From NCBI GenBank assembly GCA_002841825.1, contig PHAZ01000003.1, positions 3,039 to 67,038 on the forward strand: DNA of 64,000 nucleotides, read 5' to 3'. Below are positions 48,889 through 59,062 of this stretch, piece after piece. Position 1 is the stretch's first letter; the number at the start of each line of letters is the position of its first letter. A program made the translations under genes and the position numbers. This DNA is from Deltaproteobacteria bacterium HGW-Deltaproteobacteria-22 (GTDB lineage Bacteria; Myxococcota_A; Polyangia; HGW-17). A model generated the notes under the pieces. It searched no databases. It had not been told where the DNA came from and saw nothing but the letters and a program-made list of their open reading frames with translations.

Positions 48889-49808
48889 GGGTTCACCTCC
48901 TGATCAGCCAGCGGGACCAGGGAGCGGCCGTCGTGGACCAGGATCCTGCCCTGTGTCACGACCGGGAACCGGGCGCCGGGCCAGTGACCGGTGGTGGCAC
49001 CGTCCGCGGAGATCCGGTAGACGCCTGCGTCGTTCTCGAAGACGAAGCCCTTTTCGGCCCACAAGGGGCCGCGCCGACCGTCGGGAAAGGGCGCGAGCCG
49101 GCTGGAGTGCACCGGGGTGCCGTCCGCAGGGAGCGTCGCGTTGGTGATGCGCCGGGTTGTCCCTCCGGCCGACGGGATCACGGCCAGGGAAGGATAGCCG
49201 CCGAGGGAACTGACAAAGACAATCTCCTTCCCGTCTGGTGAGAAGGCTGGCCCCGCCACGGAGCCGTTTTCATTCGTCAGGCGCAGGATCTCGCGGGTGT
49301 CGAGCCGGATCCGGTACAGGTCCATCTCCGGGATGGGGCCGGCAGTGTAGGCGATGTACACTCCGTCCGGCGAAAAACCAAAGCCCGGGAACACGTCCGT
49401 GGCCAGCTTCGAGACCTGCGCCGACCGTGCGTCCCAGAGGATCAGTCCACCGCCTGCGTCGAGCATGGCGACCTGCGTGCGGTCCTTGTCCTCGAAGATG
49501 CGCACATCCTGGACCGGTCCGGCGACAGGAAGGGGACGGCTTTCCCCGGCCGAGTCCACAAGCACCGCGTTGTACAGGGCTCGCACGGTGGTCCGCTCCG
49601 GCGCGGGCAGGGCCATGCCGTACACGCGCAGGCCGGTCTCCGGCGAGAGTTCGACCAACTTCCAGCCGTCCGGCTCCAGGCCGTCCACCCCGGCGGAGAC
49701 GAAGGCGGCGGACGGACTTCCCACCGGTGCGGGGTCGGCTGTTCCGCAGGCCGGGAAAAGGAAAAAACTGGACAACAGGACGGACAGGAGGAGGTGGACC
49801 CGCTTCAT
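48885..49808 (-). CDS. TolB-like (PD40 repeat) beta-propeller lipoprotein
   Basis: 307 aa with lipobox FPAC. PD40-type repeats: FSPDGVYIAYT and FSPDGKEIVFVS. The stop overlaps the M23 start (ATGA). Confidence 0.7.
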   Translation of the reverse strand: MKRVHLLLSVLLSSFFLFPACGTADPAPVGSPSAAFVSAGVDGLEPDGWKLVELSPETGLRVYGMALPAPERTTVRALYNAVLVDSAGESRPLPVAGPVQDVRIFEDKDRTQVAMLDAGGGLILWDARSAQVSKLATDVFPGFGFSPDGVYIAYTAGPIPEMDLYRIRLDTREILRLTNENGSVAGPAFSPDGKEIVFVSSLGGYPSLAVIPSAGGTTRRITNATLPADGTPVHSSRLAPFPDGRRGPLWAEKGFVFENDAGVYRISADGATTGHWPGARFPVVTQGRILVHDGRSLVPLADQEVNP

Positions 49809-49949
49809 GAGGCACTCCAGAACAGATCTGAACAGGAAGTTGTTGTCGCACAGTAAACAATCATGGCCATTAAGTATACCTGTCTGACCAAGACGAATCC
49901 ATCGGTCAATCGGATGATATTCAGATTAGAATGGTTCTGTGCCGGCCGC

Positions 49950-50060
49950 TGCGGGGACAAAACGGTGGACGCCGGCGACGGCGAGCAGTGCGACGACCTG
50001 GACTTCGGCGGAGCGACCTGTGAAACGCTGGGCTTCTATCAGGCAGTAACGGTTTGCGGC
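49950..50060 (+). pseudogene. Orphan single copy (relic) of the Myxococcus-type cysteine-rich repeat
   Basis: Within track ORF 49863..50087. CGDKTVDAGDGEQCDDLDFGGATCETLGFYQAVTVC aligns with the 48-aa units of the 62194..63414 protein (CGDG....E.CDG..LGGQ.C...GF.GG.L.C). No signal peptide or lipobox. The ORF runs into the 3' end of mraY. Confidence 0.45.
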
Positions 50061-50067
50061 GATCTAC

Positions 50068-51192
<1,125 letters not shown>

Positions 51193-51225
51193 GTTCGGTC
51201 GTACTCCGGAGGTGTCAAAACGGGA

Positions 51226-53160
51226 TCAGGTGCGCAGGGCCACGAGCGCGGAGTTGAGGCGGTGCACCGTCTTCGGATCCGAGCCCTCGAAGTAGTAGCG
51301 CAGGACCGCATCGGTGCCGGACGCACGCAGCTCGAACCAGGCGCCGTCGAACTCGAGGAAGGAGCCGTCCTGCGCCCAGAAGGCGTTGTGGATCGCCGGG
51401 AAGTCCGGGTCCTTCAGGTCGTTGCGCAGGCGGGAGGTGGCCGCTTCGGGCGTCATGACCGTGAGCCCGCGGAAGTAGGAGACCAGCGATTCCTTGTGCA
51501 CATTGGCAGCCTGCTGGGCCGCACGCCGAGCGTCGCCCTGGAGGCTCTCGTCGTAAAGCGTGATGTCCTGGCGCTCGTAGGCCGCGTATGGAATCGGATA
51601 CCGCGCCAGCAGATCCATGTACCACTGCGCGAACGAGTAGCCGGTCTTGTGCAGCCGGGCTGCGGCCAGCAGGGTGAACAGGCCCACCTGGAAGCCGTCC
51701 TTCTCCTTGAGCGCGAGCGATGCGCTGGAGGTGTCATGGTTCTTCACCCAGTCGAGGGTGCCCATGGCAGCTCCACCGCTCTCCTCGGCCATCATCAGGA
51801 ACCGGGGTTTGTGCCCCAGTTGCCGGACGCGGCCGGTAGCTTCCGTGAAGGTGACCTCGACGGCCCCCTCGAGCAGTTGGCGCTGCACCGAGGCGACCAG
51901 TTCACCGAAGTACTTGAAGCCCACAGGCACCAGGACGGTGCCGATCCTCGCGCCATGCTCCGAGGCGATCCGTTCGGCCACGGCCAGGATCGAGCGCGAC
52001 GTGGGGTAGGTGATTGCGGCGACGAAATCATACTTTTCCAGCAGCCCGGCCTCTCCCAGCGCCTGCATGCGAAGCGCCGTGAGCAGGAAATAAATCTGGT
52101 TGGGCTTGAAGTACACCAGACAGTTCGTCTCGTCGAGCAGGTCAACCTCCAGGGCCGCGTCCCGGGCCCGATCGGCCAGCGCCGCCGGTGCCGTCGTCAC
52201 GATGTTGAAGCGGTCGCCGTCGGGATCCCAGATGAACACGATGTCGGCGGCACCCTGCGTGAGGAGATCCTGGGCTCCGATGTGCTTGTAGATCTGCCAC
52301 TTGCCCGGATCCACGCCGTGGTTGACCCCGTCAAGCTGGCCGATGCCGTGATAGTCTTCACTTTCCGCCTCGAACAGGAAGGTGATGCCCCGGTCGTCCA
52401 TGGGAAAGTCCAGCATCCCGAAGATGCGCCGCGCGGCGGCACCCATCGAGCCTCCCTCGGTGCAGATCGCGACCTTCAGACCGCCGATCAGCGCCTGACG
52501 GATCGTGTCGATGCCTTCCGGATCCATGAGCTTGCCCAGGGATTCCACGTAGGCCGGCAGTGGGTCGAAGTCGTGGCGGATGTGCGGGTCATGGGCTGAA
52601 GCCAGGGAAATCTCGAGGCCGTCGGTGCAGATCGTCGAGGTGAGCTCGCGGACCCGGGCCTGGATCTCGCTGGCCATGCTCAACAGTTGCATGCCGTGCT
52701 CGTCCATGGGTTTCCATCCGCCCTTGTAGCTCTGGGAGTGGCTCGCCGTGAAGTTCTCGCCCCCGCCGAGTCCGTAATGGAACACGCCGAACGAACTCAT
52801 CCAGATCGGGGTGGTCCTGGCGCTCCCTCCCTGCAGGTGGACCGTGATGCCCGCGGCCGCGTAGATGCGTGCGCACAGGTCGATGAATTTCTGGGTGTGC
52901 GGCCGGACCTCGCCGCCGATGTGCAGGCTCGTGATGCCGTGCTTTCTGGCGACGTCGACCCGGGCCGTGGCGATGATGCCCATCGTGATCGCCGAGAACG
53001 GCACCTTCGTGGAGAAGAAGTCCTGCGGATCAAGCAGGTCCCGGTAGCCGGCGGTGCCCAGCGCGAAGCCGGCCCCCCATTCTCCAAGGCGGGCCTCGAC
53101 GGCCAGGGCAGGGGTGATTGTCAGCAACTCGGGTTCGGTTCCAAACGGAGTGAACAGCAT
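51226..53160 (-). CDS. Alpha-D-phosphohexomutase superfamily protein (atypically long)
   Basis: Track ORF 51226..53250; ATG 53160 gives MLFTPFGTEPE. The four family loops appear in order: FTASHSQ (phosphoserine), WDPDGDRFN (metal), AEESGG (sugar), RASGTD (phosphate). Confidence 0.8.
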   Translation of the reverse strand: MLFTPFGTEPELLTITPALAVEARLGEWGAGFALGTAGYRDLLDPQDFFSTKVPFSAITMGIIATARVDVARKHGITSLHIGGEVRPHTQKFIDLCARIYAAAGITVHLQGGSARTTPIWMSSFGVFHYGLGGGENFTASHSQSYKGGWKPMDEHGMQLLSMASEIQARVRELTSTICTDGLEISLASAHDPHIRHDFDPLPAYVESLGKLMDPEGIDTIRQALIGGLKVAICTEGGSMGAAARRIFGMLDFPMDDRGITFLFEAESEDYHGIGQLDGVNHGVDPGKWQIYKHIGAQDLLTQGAADIVFIWDPDGDRFNIVTTAPAALADRARDAALEVDLLDETNCLVYFKPNQIYFLLTALRMQALGEAGLLEKYDFVAAITYPTSRSILAVAERIASEHGARIGTVLVPVGFKYFGELVASVQRQLLEGAVEVTFTEATGRVRQLGHKPRFLMMAEESGGAAMGTLDWVKNHDTSSASLALKEKDGFQVGLFTLLAAARLHKTGYSFAQWYMDLLARYPIPYAAYERQDITLYDESLQGDARRAAQQAANVHKESLVSYFRGLTVMTPEAATSRLRNDLKDPDFPAIHNAFWAQDGSFLEFDGAWFELRASGTDAVLRYYFEGSDPKTVHRLNSALVALRT

Positions 53161-53309
53161 GGTGCGCGCATCCTTTTGCGTGGGTGGAAAACCTCGAAGA
53201 GTCGTCCCCTTTTCGGAGCCGAAAATACCATTGGCTGGATCAGTGTGCAAATCTATTGTGGGAAGGTCGGCCGCCGGCGGGGGGCCGGTCTCATGGGCTG
53301 GTTTTGGGC

Positions 53310-54140
53310 TCAGGGCAGGATGCGAAGCGGCGTCAGGCGCAGCAGCACCGGGATGACCGCCATGGAGGTGACGATTCCGTAGTGGTCGTACTGGGACTTG
53401 ACGTAGAGCAGGCGGCTCTTCTTCTCGCGGGAGGAAAAGCCGGTGTAGTCAGCGGGAATGCCCGTTCGTGTCACGGCAAACGAGAACTCCTTGGTGAACT
53501 GGCGGGTCTGCGTGTCGGTATCGGAGGTCACCAGGATCATGCGACGGTTCTTGGCGCGCGCTCCGGTGGCGATGAATTCCTTGAACTCGTTGAAGCCGCC
53601 GTACATCGCGTCGAGCAGGATGATCTGCTTGAGCAGCCGGTTGTCGGTCCATCCGCGCACGGTGCGGAAGCCGCCGCTGTGGGCGATGACGACCGTCTCG
53701 CCGTCGGGCAGGCGGATGTTGGCGGCCTGGACCGACTTCTTCAGTTGTGACAGGGAGTTCCACACCACGGACTCGTCCTTGCCCGAGGGGCAGGCCGGCA
53801 CGATGAACAGCGCATTCTGGCGGCTCTTCTGGAACTGCTCGGCGAGTTTGTGGTCCACGAAGGCCTTGTCTACGGTGGTGTGGTAGCCATGCAGGTACAC
53901 GACGATGCCGGCGGTCTTGCGGACGTAGCCCTTGGGAACCCAGACGTGGACCGAACCCATCTTCGGATAGTTGATCTTGAAGTGCCGTCCGCCCTGTAAA
54001 GATTTTTCAATGGCAGCCCCGGATGGTTTGATGGCCGCAGCCTGGGCCTCTGCGCGAGAGAAAGGCGTAATAGTGATAAATATAAAAGTAAATGCTGTAA
54101 AAAAAACGTATTGTAAAAAATAATAATGAAATCGGGTCAT
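53310..54140 (-). CDS. Secreted alpha/beta-hydrolase-like protein (tentative)
   Basis: Track ORF 53310..54170. ATG 54140 gives MTRFHYYFLQYVFFTAFTFIFITITPFSRAEA (signal/anchor). VVYLHGYH and the nucleophile-elbow-like VVIAHSGG are present. Confidence 0.5.
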   Translation of the reverse strand: MTRFHYYFLQYVFFTAFTFIFITITPFSRAEAQAAAIKPSGAAIEKSLQGGRHFKINYPKMGSVHVWVPKGYVRKTAGIVVYLHGYHTTVDKAFVDHKLAEQFQKSRQNALFIVPACPSGKDESVVWNSLSQLKKSVQAANIRLPDGETVVIAHSGGFRTVRGWTDNRLLKQIILLDAMYGGFNEFKEFIATGARAKNRRMILVTSDTDTQTRQFTKEFSFAVTRTGIPADYTGFSSREKKSRLLYVKSQYDHYGIVTSMAVIPVLLRLTPLRILP

Positions 54141-54269
54141 GGCCGGTGTCTCAATCGTACCGTAGTGCAAAACGGCCGATAGCGCAAGAAGACGAAAAGT
54201 CTCCGGAAAATTTCAGGGAAAATGAAAAAATCTGTCCTGACCGGAAAAAACCGGCATGATTTGGCGGAG

Positions 54270-54656
54270 TCAGTTCAGTTTTTCCGCAAAGGCCAGCATG
54301 TGGCCATCGGGGTCGAGGCAGTAGGAGGCGCGGTGTCCCCACGGGCGTTCCTTCATGGAGTTGATTTCAATACCGCCAAGGGCCAGCGCGCGAAAGTGGT
54401 AGTCACGGGCCCCAGAGACCAGCAGGTAAAGTTCGGCGCGCGGAATCTGGTCTGCCAGGAACGGGTCGGGCAGCTTTTCTCCGAGGAGATTCTTGATGCC
54501 CTGCACAGGCATCAGACCCAGGACACCCCCGGACGGGAGGTCGAATTCGGTCATGCCAGGCTCGTGCAGTCTGGGATCCAACTGAAGAAGCTCCTTGTAA
54601 AAACGGGCGCTCCTCCACTGGTCGCGCACATACAAGATAAAGATGGCTTCCTTCAT
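54270..54656 (-). CDS. VOC/glyoxalase-family protein
   Basis: Track ORF 54270..54863. ATG 54656 gives MKEAIFILYVRDQWRSARFYKELL... and ...RPWGHRASYCLDPDGHMLAFAE, a typical VOC beta-alpha-beta-beta-beta pattern. Confidence 0.7.
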   Translation of the reverse strand: MKEAIFILYVRDQWRSARFYKELLQLDPRLHEPGMTEFDLPSGGVLGLMPVQGIKNLLGEKLPDPFLADQIPRAELYLLVSGARDYHFRALALGGIEINSMKERPWGHRASYCLDPDGHMLAFAEKLN

Positions 54657-54907
54657 GACAGGGCTCCTTGGGGCGGGAACCGCTCCCCCTTGACATATAA
54701 ACACTAACCCAATTACAGGACAATTGCACCAGAAAAAGTGACCCGAAGACAGAAAGAAAGGCCGCTGATTGCATAAAAAAAACCGCCTTGCGGAATTTCG
54801 GGATTTCCAGCATAGTTTCAGGCTCGGAGCGCGGCAGGGACTCCCAGCCGCCACCCCGGGCATGTGTTTTCCGCACGTACCCCGGGTCCCGTCTGGAGAA
54901 ACCGGAA

Positions 54908-55693
54908 ATGCAGTGGCTGACCTGGAACGTGAACGGCATACGCGCAGTACATAAAAAGGGTTTTCTGGACTTCTTCCAGCGGGTTGCGCCCGACGTGCTG
55001 TGCATTCAGGAGACCAAGGCCCAGCCGGACCAGGTCCCCGGGGAAATGTCGGACATCCCGGGTTATGGATTCCACATGCACAGCGCGCAGCGCAAGGGGT
55101 ACTCCGGGGTGGCCACCTGGACCCGGCAGGTTCCGCAGGAAGTGCGAGAGGGCGTGGGCGCGGCCGAGTTCGATGCGGAAGGGCGCGTGCTGGTGACCCG
55201 GCACGAAGATATTTATCTGTACAATATCTATTTTCCGAATGGCTCCGGCGGACCCGAGCGCCTGGAATACAAGAAGAACTTCTACTTTCATCTCCGGGAC
55301 GTGTTCGCGCGGCACATGGCGGCCGGCGAACCGCTGGTCGTATGCGGGGACTTCAACACCGCCCATGAGCCCATTGACCTGGCCAGGCCCAGGGAGAACG
55401 AGAAAAACTCCGGCTTCATGCCCGTGGAGCGGGAGTGGCTGGACACCTATTTTGCCCTGGGGCTTGTGGACATTTTCCGGCAACTACACCCCGGGGAACC
55501 GGGCCATTATTCCTGGTGGGACTACCGTTTCTCGGCCCGCGACCGCAACATCGGCTGGCGGATCGATTATTTCATGATCAGCCCGGACCTGGTGGACCGC
55601 GTCGAGGACTGCAGGATTCTTCCCGAGGTGACGGGTTCGGACCACTGTCCGGTGTTGCTGGCATTGCGCGACAATCCATCGTGGAAAGGGTGA
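54908..55693 (+). CDS. xth: Exodeoxyribonuclease III
   Basis: Track ORF 54788..55693. ATG 54908 gives MQWLTWNVNGIRA. Also LCIQETK, YSGVATW, VCGDFNTAHEPIDL, SWWDYR, RIDYFMIS, GSDHCPV. Confidence 0.9.
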   Translation: MQWLTWNVNGIRAVHKKGFLDFFQRVAPDVLCIQETKAQPDQVPGEMSDIPGYGFHMHSAQRKGYSGVATWTRQVPQEVREGVGAAEFDAEGRVLVTRHEDIYLYNIYFPNGSGGPERLEYKKNFYFHLRDVFARHMAAGEPLVVCGDFNTAHEPIDLARPRENEKNSGFMPVEREWLDTYFALGLVDIFRQLHPGEPGHYSWWDYRFSARDRNIGWRIDYFMISPDLVDRVEDCRILPEVTGSDHCPVLLALRDNPSWKG

Positions 55694-55700
55694 GTACGGC

Positions 55701-56522
55701 ATGAACGGAGATCTTCCCATTGGTGTGTTCGACTCCGGCGTGGGCGGCCTCACGGTCGTGCGCTCCTTGCGCGAGTCGCTTCCACACGAATCTTTCATCT
55801 ACCTGGGCGACACGGCCCGCGTGCCCTATGGAACCAAGAGTCCGGCCACGGTCGTGCGCTACTCGCTCAACAACGCCCGGTTCCTGCTTGCGCAGGGCAT
55901 CAAGATGCTCGTGGTGGCCTGCAACACGGCCTCAGCACATGCCATTCCCGCGCTGCAGAAGGAGTTGTCTATCCCGGTGGTTGGCGTGGTCGAGCCGGGC
56001 GCCCGGGCGGCGCTCTCGGCCACCCGCAATGGATGCATCGGTGTGATCGGCACCTACGGCACCGTGGAATCGGGGGCGTACCAGAAGGCCATTTCGGAGC
56101 TGCGCGACAAACTCAGGGTGGCCGCCGAGCCCTGTCCGCTGCTGGTGCCCCTGGCCGAGGAGGGCTGGCTCACCGGCGATGTGCCACGTCTGGTGGCCAC
56201 GGAGTATCTGGGGCGCCTGCATGCCCGGTTTCCCGAGGCGGACACGCTGGTGATGGGCTGCACACATTATCCGCTTTTCAGGGAGTTGATCGCCGAGGTC
56301 ACCACGGACCTGTTCGGGAGGGAAGTGGCGCTGATCGACTCCGGCATCGCCGCGACCGCGGAGGTGGCTCACCTGCTGCGCCGCCGCGAGATGGAGGCGC
56401 CCGGGGGCGTGAGTGGCACGCTGCGGGTCATGGTGACCGACAAGAGCCGCATCGACATCGTGGGCACCCGCTTCCTGGGCGAAGCGCTGACCGAGGTCTC
56501 CTCGGTGGATGTCACGGCATGA
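55701..56522 (+). CDS. murI: Glutamate racemase
   Basis: IGVFDSGVGGLTVV, YLGDTARVPYGTKS, LVVACNTAS, LVMGCTHYPL. Confidence 0.9.
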   Translation: MNGDLPIGVFDSGVGGLTVVRSLRESLPHESFIYLGDTARVPYGTKSPATVVRYSLNNARFLLAQGIKMLVVACNTASAHAIPALQKELSIPVVGVVEPGARAALSATRNGCIGVIGTYGTVESGAYQKAISELRDKLRVAAEPCPLLVPLAEEGWLTGDVPRLVATEYLGRLHARFPEADTLVMGCTHYPLFRELIAEVTTDLFGREVALIDSGIAATAEVAHLLRRREMEAPGGVSGTLRVMVTDKSRIDIVGTRFLGEALTEVSSVDVTA

Positions 56523-56547
56523 ACATCACGGAATTTCAGGTTATATC

Positions 56548-58344
56548 ATGACGCTGATCTGGTTTCTCGTCCTACTGGGGCCGCTGGTCTTTTTCCATGA
56601 ACTCGGGCACTTCCTCGCGGCCAAGGGCTTCGGGGTCAAGGTGCTCCGCTTCTCCCTGGGTTTCGGTCCGGTGCTCTTCAAGCGAAGGCGCGGCGAGACC
56701 GAGTACTGCCTGTCCGCGGTGCCGCTTGGAGGCTACGTCAGCATGATCGGCGAGGATCCCAACGAGGAGATGGCCGAGGAGGATCGTCATCGCACGCTCG
56801 CGGCGCTGCCGTACTGGAAGAAGATCATCGTGGTGGTCGCAGGTCCGTTCGTGAACCTGCTGCTGCCGGTGCTCTTCTACTTCGTGTACTTTCTGACCGT
56901 CACCCATGTATCTCCTCCGCTGCTGGGGACGGTGCTGCCGGGCATGGCCGCAGACCAGGCAGGGCTTCGCTCCGGCGATCTGGTGCTCGAGATTGACGGC
57001 GACGAGATCGACAGTTTCGACGAGTTTCGTCGCACGATCATGGACGCTCCCGGGGAGACGCTCTCGGTCAAGGTGGAGCGCCCCGGTTCGGGCACGATCC
57101 AGGTCAAGCTGGTGCCGACGCCGTCGGTGGGCAAGAATATGGTCGGCCTCCCCGCGAAGATCGGCCGTTCGGGCGTGTTCCTGCATGGGACGCTGGCCCG
57201 TGTGGGCCTTGTGAACACAGGCGGCGCGGCGTACCGGGCCGGGCTGCGCTCGGGTGATCGAATCCTGGGAGTGACCCAGGAGGGCGCCAGGCACCCGGTG
57301 CGGTTCTGGTCGGATTGGGAGAGCCTGCTGCCCAAGCTCGGGAAGGCCCCCCTCACCCTGCACGTGATCACGTTCGCGACGCCCTCTGAACAGGCGGTGC
57401 TCACTGCGGGCCAGGTCCGCGAACTCTCCTTCGAATCGGCCGCCGCGCTCTCCGACGTGCAGTCCGGGGAGCTGGTCGTCAGCCTCGTCACGAAAGGCTC
57501 GCCTGCGGACCGCTGGGGCGTGGCCGCCGGAGACCGGCTTGCCGGCCTGGAGATCCTGCCCGACGAGGCGCCGCTTGCGTCCTGCACGTTCGCGAAGAAG
57601 GCCATGTCCTCGTATGCCGAGTTTGAGGACCAGGTCGCACGTGCCGCTGGCCGGCGTCTGTGCCTGTCGGTGATCCGTCCCTCGGAGGACGGAGGGTGCA
57701 GGCGCACGCTTGTCCTGCGGCAGGACAAGTTCCAGAGCGTGGACCGCTTCGGCAACAAGCAGGTCACGTATGATTTCGGCATCTCCACGCTTCGCCAGCT
57801 GGACACGCCCGAGGACGTGCGGGTGAAGAACCGCTTTGTCTTCGCGGTGCGCGAGAGCCTCGTCACGACCTGGGAGATCACCTCGGGCATGGTGCTCGGC
57901 ATCGCCTACATGTTCACCGGTGAGGTGGACCGGGAGAACGTGGGCTCGGTGGTCATGATCGCGCAGATGGCCGAGGTTGCCGCAGAGCGCGGCTGGCTGT
58001 TTTTCCTGCAGATGATGGCGCTGATCTCGCTCAACCTGGCGCTGTTGAACCTGCTGCCGATCCCGATGCTCGACGGCGGCCATGTGCTGCTGTTCACGAT
58101 CGAGGCGATCCGGCGCCGGGATCTCGGGCTCAAGGCCCGCTCGATCATCACGTACATCGGCCTGGCCCTGATCCTGTCGTTGATGCTGTTCGGCATGCGA
58201 AACGATCTGGTGCGCTGTTTCCGCACGAAGCAGGAGACGCCTTCGCGCGTGGAGAACGCCGGCGACAAGGCCGAACAGAACCTGCAACTGTCTCCGCAGC
58301 CGGACCCGGCCAACCCGGCGCCGTGTCTGCCGGCGGAGGGTTGA
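56548..58344 (+). CDS. rseP: RIP metalloprotease RseP (site-2 protease, M50), long form with extended PDZ region
   Basis: Track ORF 56509..58344. ATG 56548 gives MTLIWFLVLLGPLVFFHELGHFLAAK (HExxH). PDZ-like GLRSGD motifs occur twice or more. C-terminal NLLPIPMLDGGH. At 598 aa it is longer than E. coli RseP. Confidence 0.9.
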   Translation: MTLIWFLVLLGPLVFFHELGHFLAAKGFGVKVLRFSLGFGPVLFKRRRGETEYCLSAVPLGGYVSMIGEDPNEEMAEEDRHRTLAALPYWKKIIVVVAGPFVNLLLPVLFYFVYFLTVTHVSPPLLGTVLPGMAADQAGLRSGDLVLEIDGDEIDSFDEFRRTIMDAPGETLSVKVERPGSGTIQVKLVPTPSVGKNMVGLPAKIGRSGVFLHGTLARVGLVNTGGAAYRAGLRSGDRILGVTQEGARHPVRFWSDWESLLPKLGKAPLTLHVITFATPSEQAVLTAGQVRELSFESAAALSDVQSGELVVSLVTKGSPADRWGVAAGDRLAGLEILPDEAPLASCTFAKKAMSSYAEFEDQVARAAGRRLCLSVIRPSEDGGCRRTLVLRQDKFQSVDRFGNKQVTYDFGISTLRQLDTPEDVRVKNRFVFAVRESLVTTWEITSGMVLGIAYMFTGEVDRENVGSVVMIAQMAEVAAERGWLFFLQMMALISLNLALLNLLPIPMLDGGHVLLFTIEAIRRRDLGLKARSIITYIGLALILSLMLFGMRNDLVRCFRTKQETPSRVENAGDKAEQNLQLSPQPDPANPAPCLPAEG

Positions 58345-58346
58345 GC

Positions 58347-59060
58347 ATGCGGATCCTGGCGCTGGACACGTCTTCGGAGCGGTTGCTGCTGTCGCTGGGT
58401 GATGGCGGCTCGGACGAGCCGGTGGCCGCCGTGGTCTCCACGGAGAAGAACCATGGTCCTGGACTGCTCTCGCACGTCGAGCGTCTCTTTGCGGGCCAGG
58501 ACCCGACGCGGGTGAACGCGATCGCCTGCGGCCGTGGCCCGGGTTCGTTCACAGGCATCCGCATCGGGCTCAGTTTTGCCAAGACCTTTGCGTATGTCCG
58601 TCGGATTCCGCTGTGCACGTTTGATCTGTTCGATCTGTACTTCACGCTCGCGGGGGCATCGGGTCCGGTTTGGGTGCTCGAGGATGCCCGTCGCGGGGAA
58701 TTGTACGTATCAGGCCGCATCGACGGATCGAACATGCGCGAGCCCGGGGTCACCACGCTCGAGGGGGTGCTGGAGACGGCGCCCGCCGGCGTGCGGTTCC
58801 TGGGCAGCGGCGCGCGGTTGCACCGGGCGCGACTGTTGGAGTGCTTCGGTGAGGCCTCCGTGGCCGACGCGGAGCGGTTGCCCGACGCCACGACCCTGCA
58901 CCGCGCTGCACTGCACCTGTATTTCGATGCCGGACCGTGCAATCCTGTGACTGCCGAGCCGCTGTATCTGCGTGCCTCGGACGCCGAGGTGAACCTGGCC
59001 TCCGGAAAGATCCGGTCATCCTGGAGCCGCGTGGTGCCCGGGCATCACCGGGAGGAGTAG
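58347..59060 (+). CDS. tsaB: tRNA t6A biosynthesis protein TsaB
   Basis: Track ORF 58323..59060. ATG 58347 gives MRILALDTSSERLLLSL...; IACGRGPGSFTGIRIGLSFAK. Confidence 0.8.
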   Translation: MRILALDTSSERLLLSLGDGGSDEPVAAVVSTEKNHGPGLLSHVERLFAGQDPTRVNAIACGRGPGSFTGIRIGLSFAKTFAYVRRIPLCTFDLFDLYFTLAGASGPVWVLEDARRGELYVSGRIDGSNMREPGVTTLEGVLETAPAGVRFLGSGARLHRARLLECFGEASVADAERLPDATTLHRAALHLYFDAGPCNPVTAEPLYLRASDAEVNLASGKIRSSWSRVVPGHHREE

Positions 59061-59062
59061 AC

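Noticed and set aside
45637-48903. 1088-aa + strand ORF across the FG-GAP/lectin and M23 genes
   Set aside because: It is an antisense shadow. The minus-strand products carry FG-GAP, TSP3, CTLD and M23 motifs and show start/stop coupling.
48885-49808. Genuine periplasmic TolB
   Set aside because: The protein has a lipobox and is only 307 aa, so it lacks the TolB N-terminal domain. It is translationally coupled to an M23 peptidase rather than to pal or tolA.
54690-54718. Sigma-70-like promoter (TTGACA-N17-TTACAG) upstream of xth, and an A8/T8 tract with a weak hairpin near 54770
   Set aside because: The -35 box is perfect but the -10 is poor, and the hairpin stem is only 4 bp. The support is too weak to call either as a feature.
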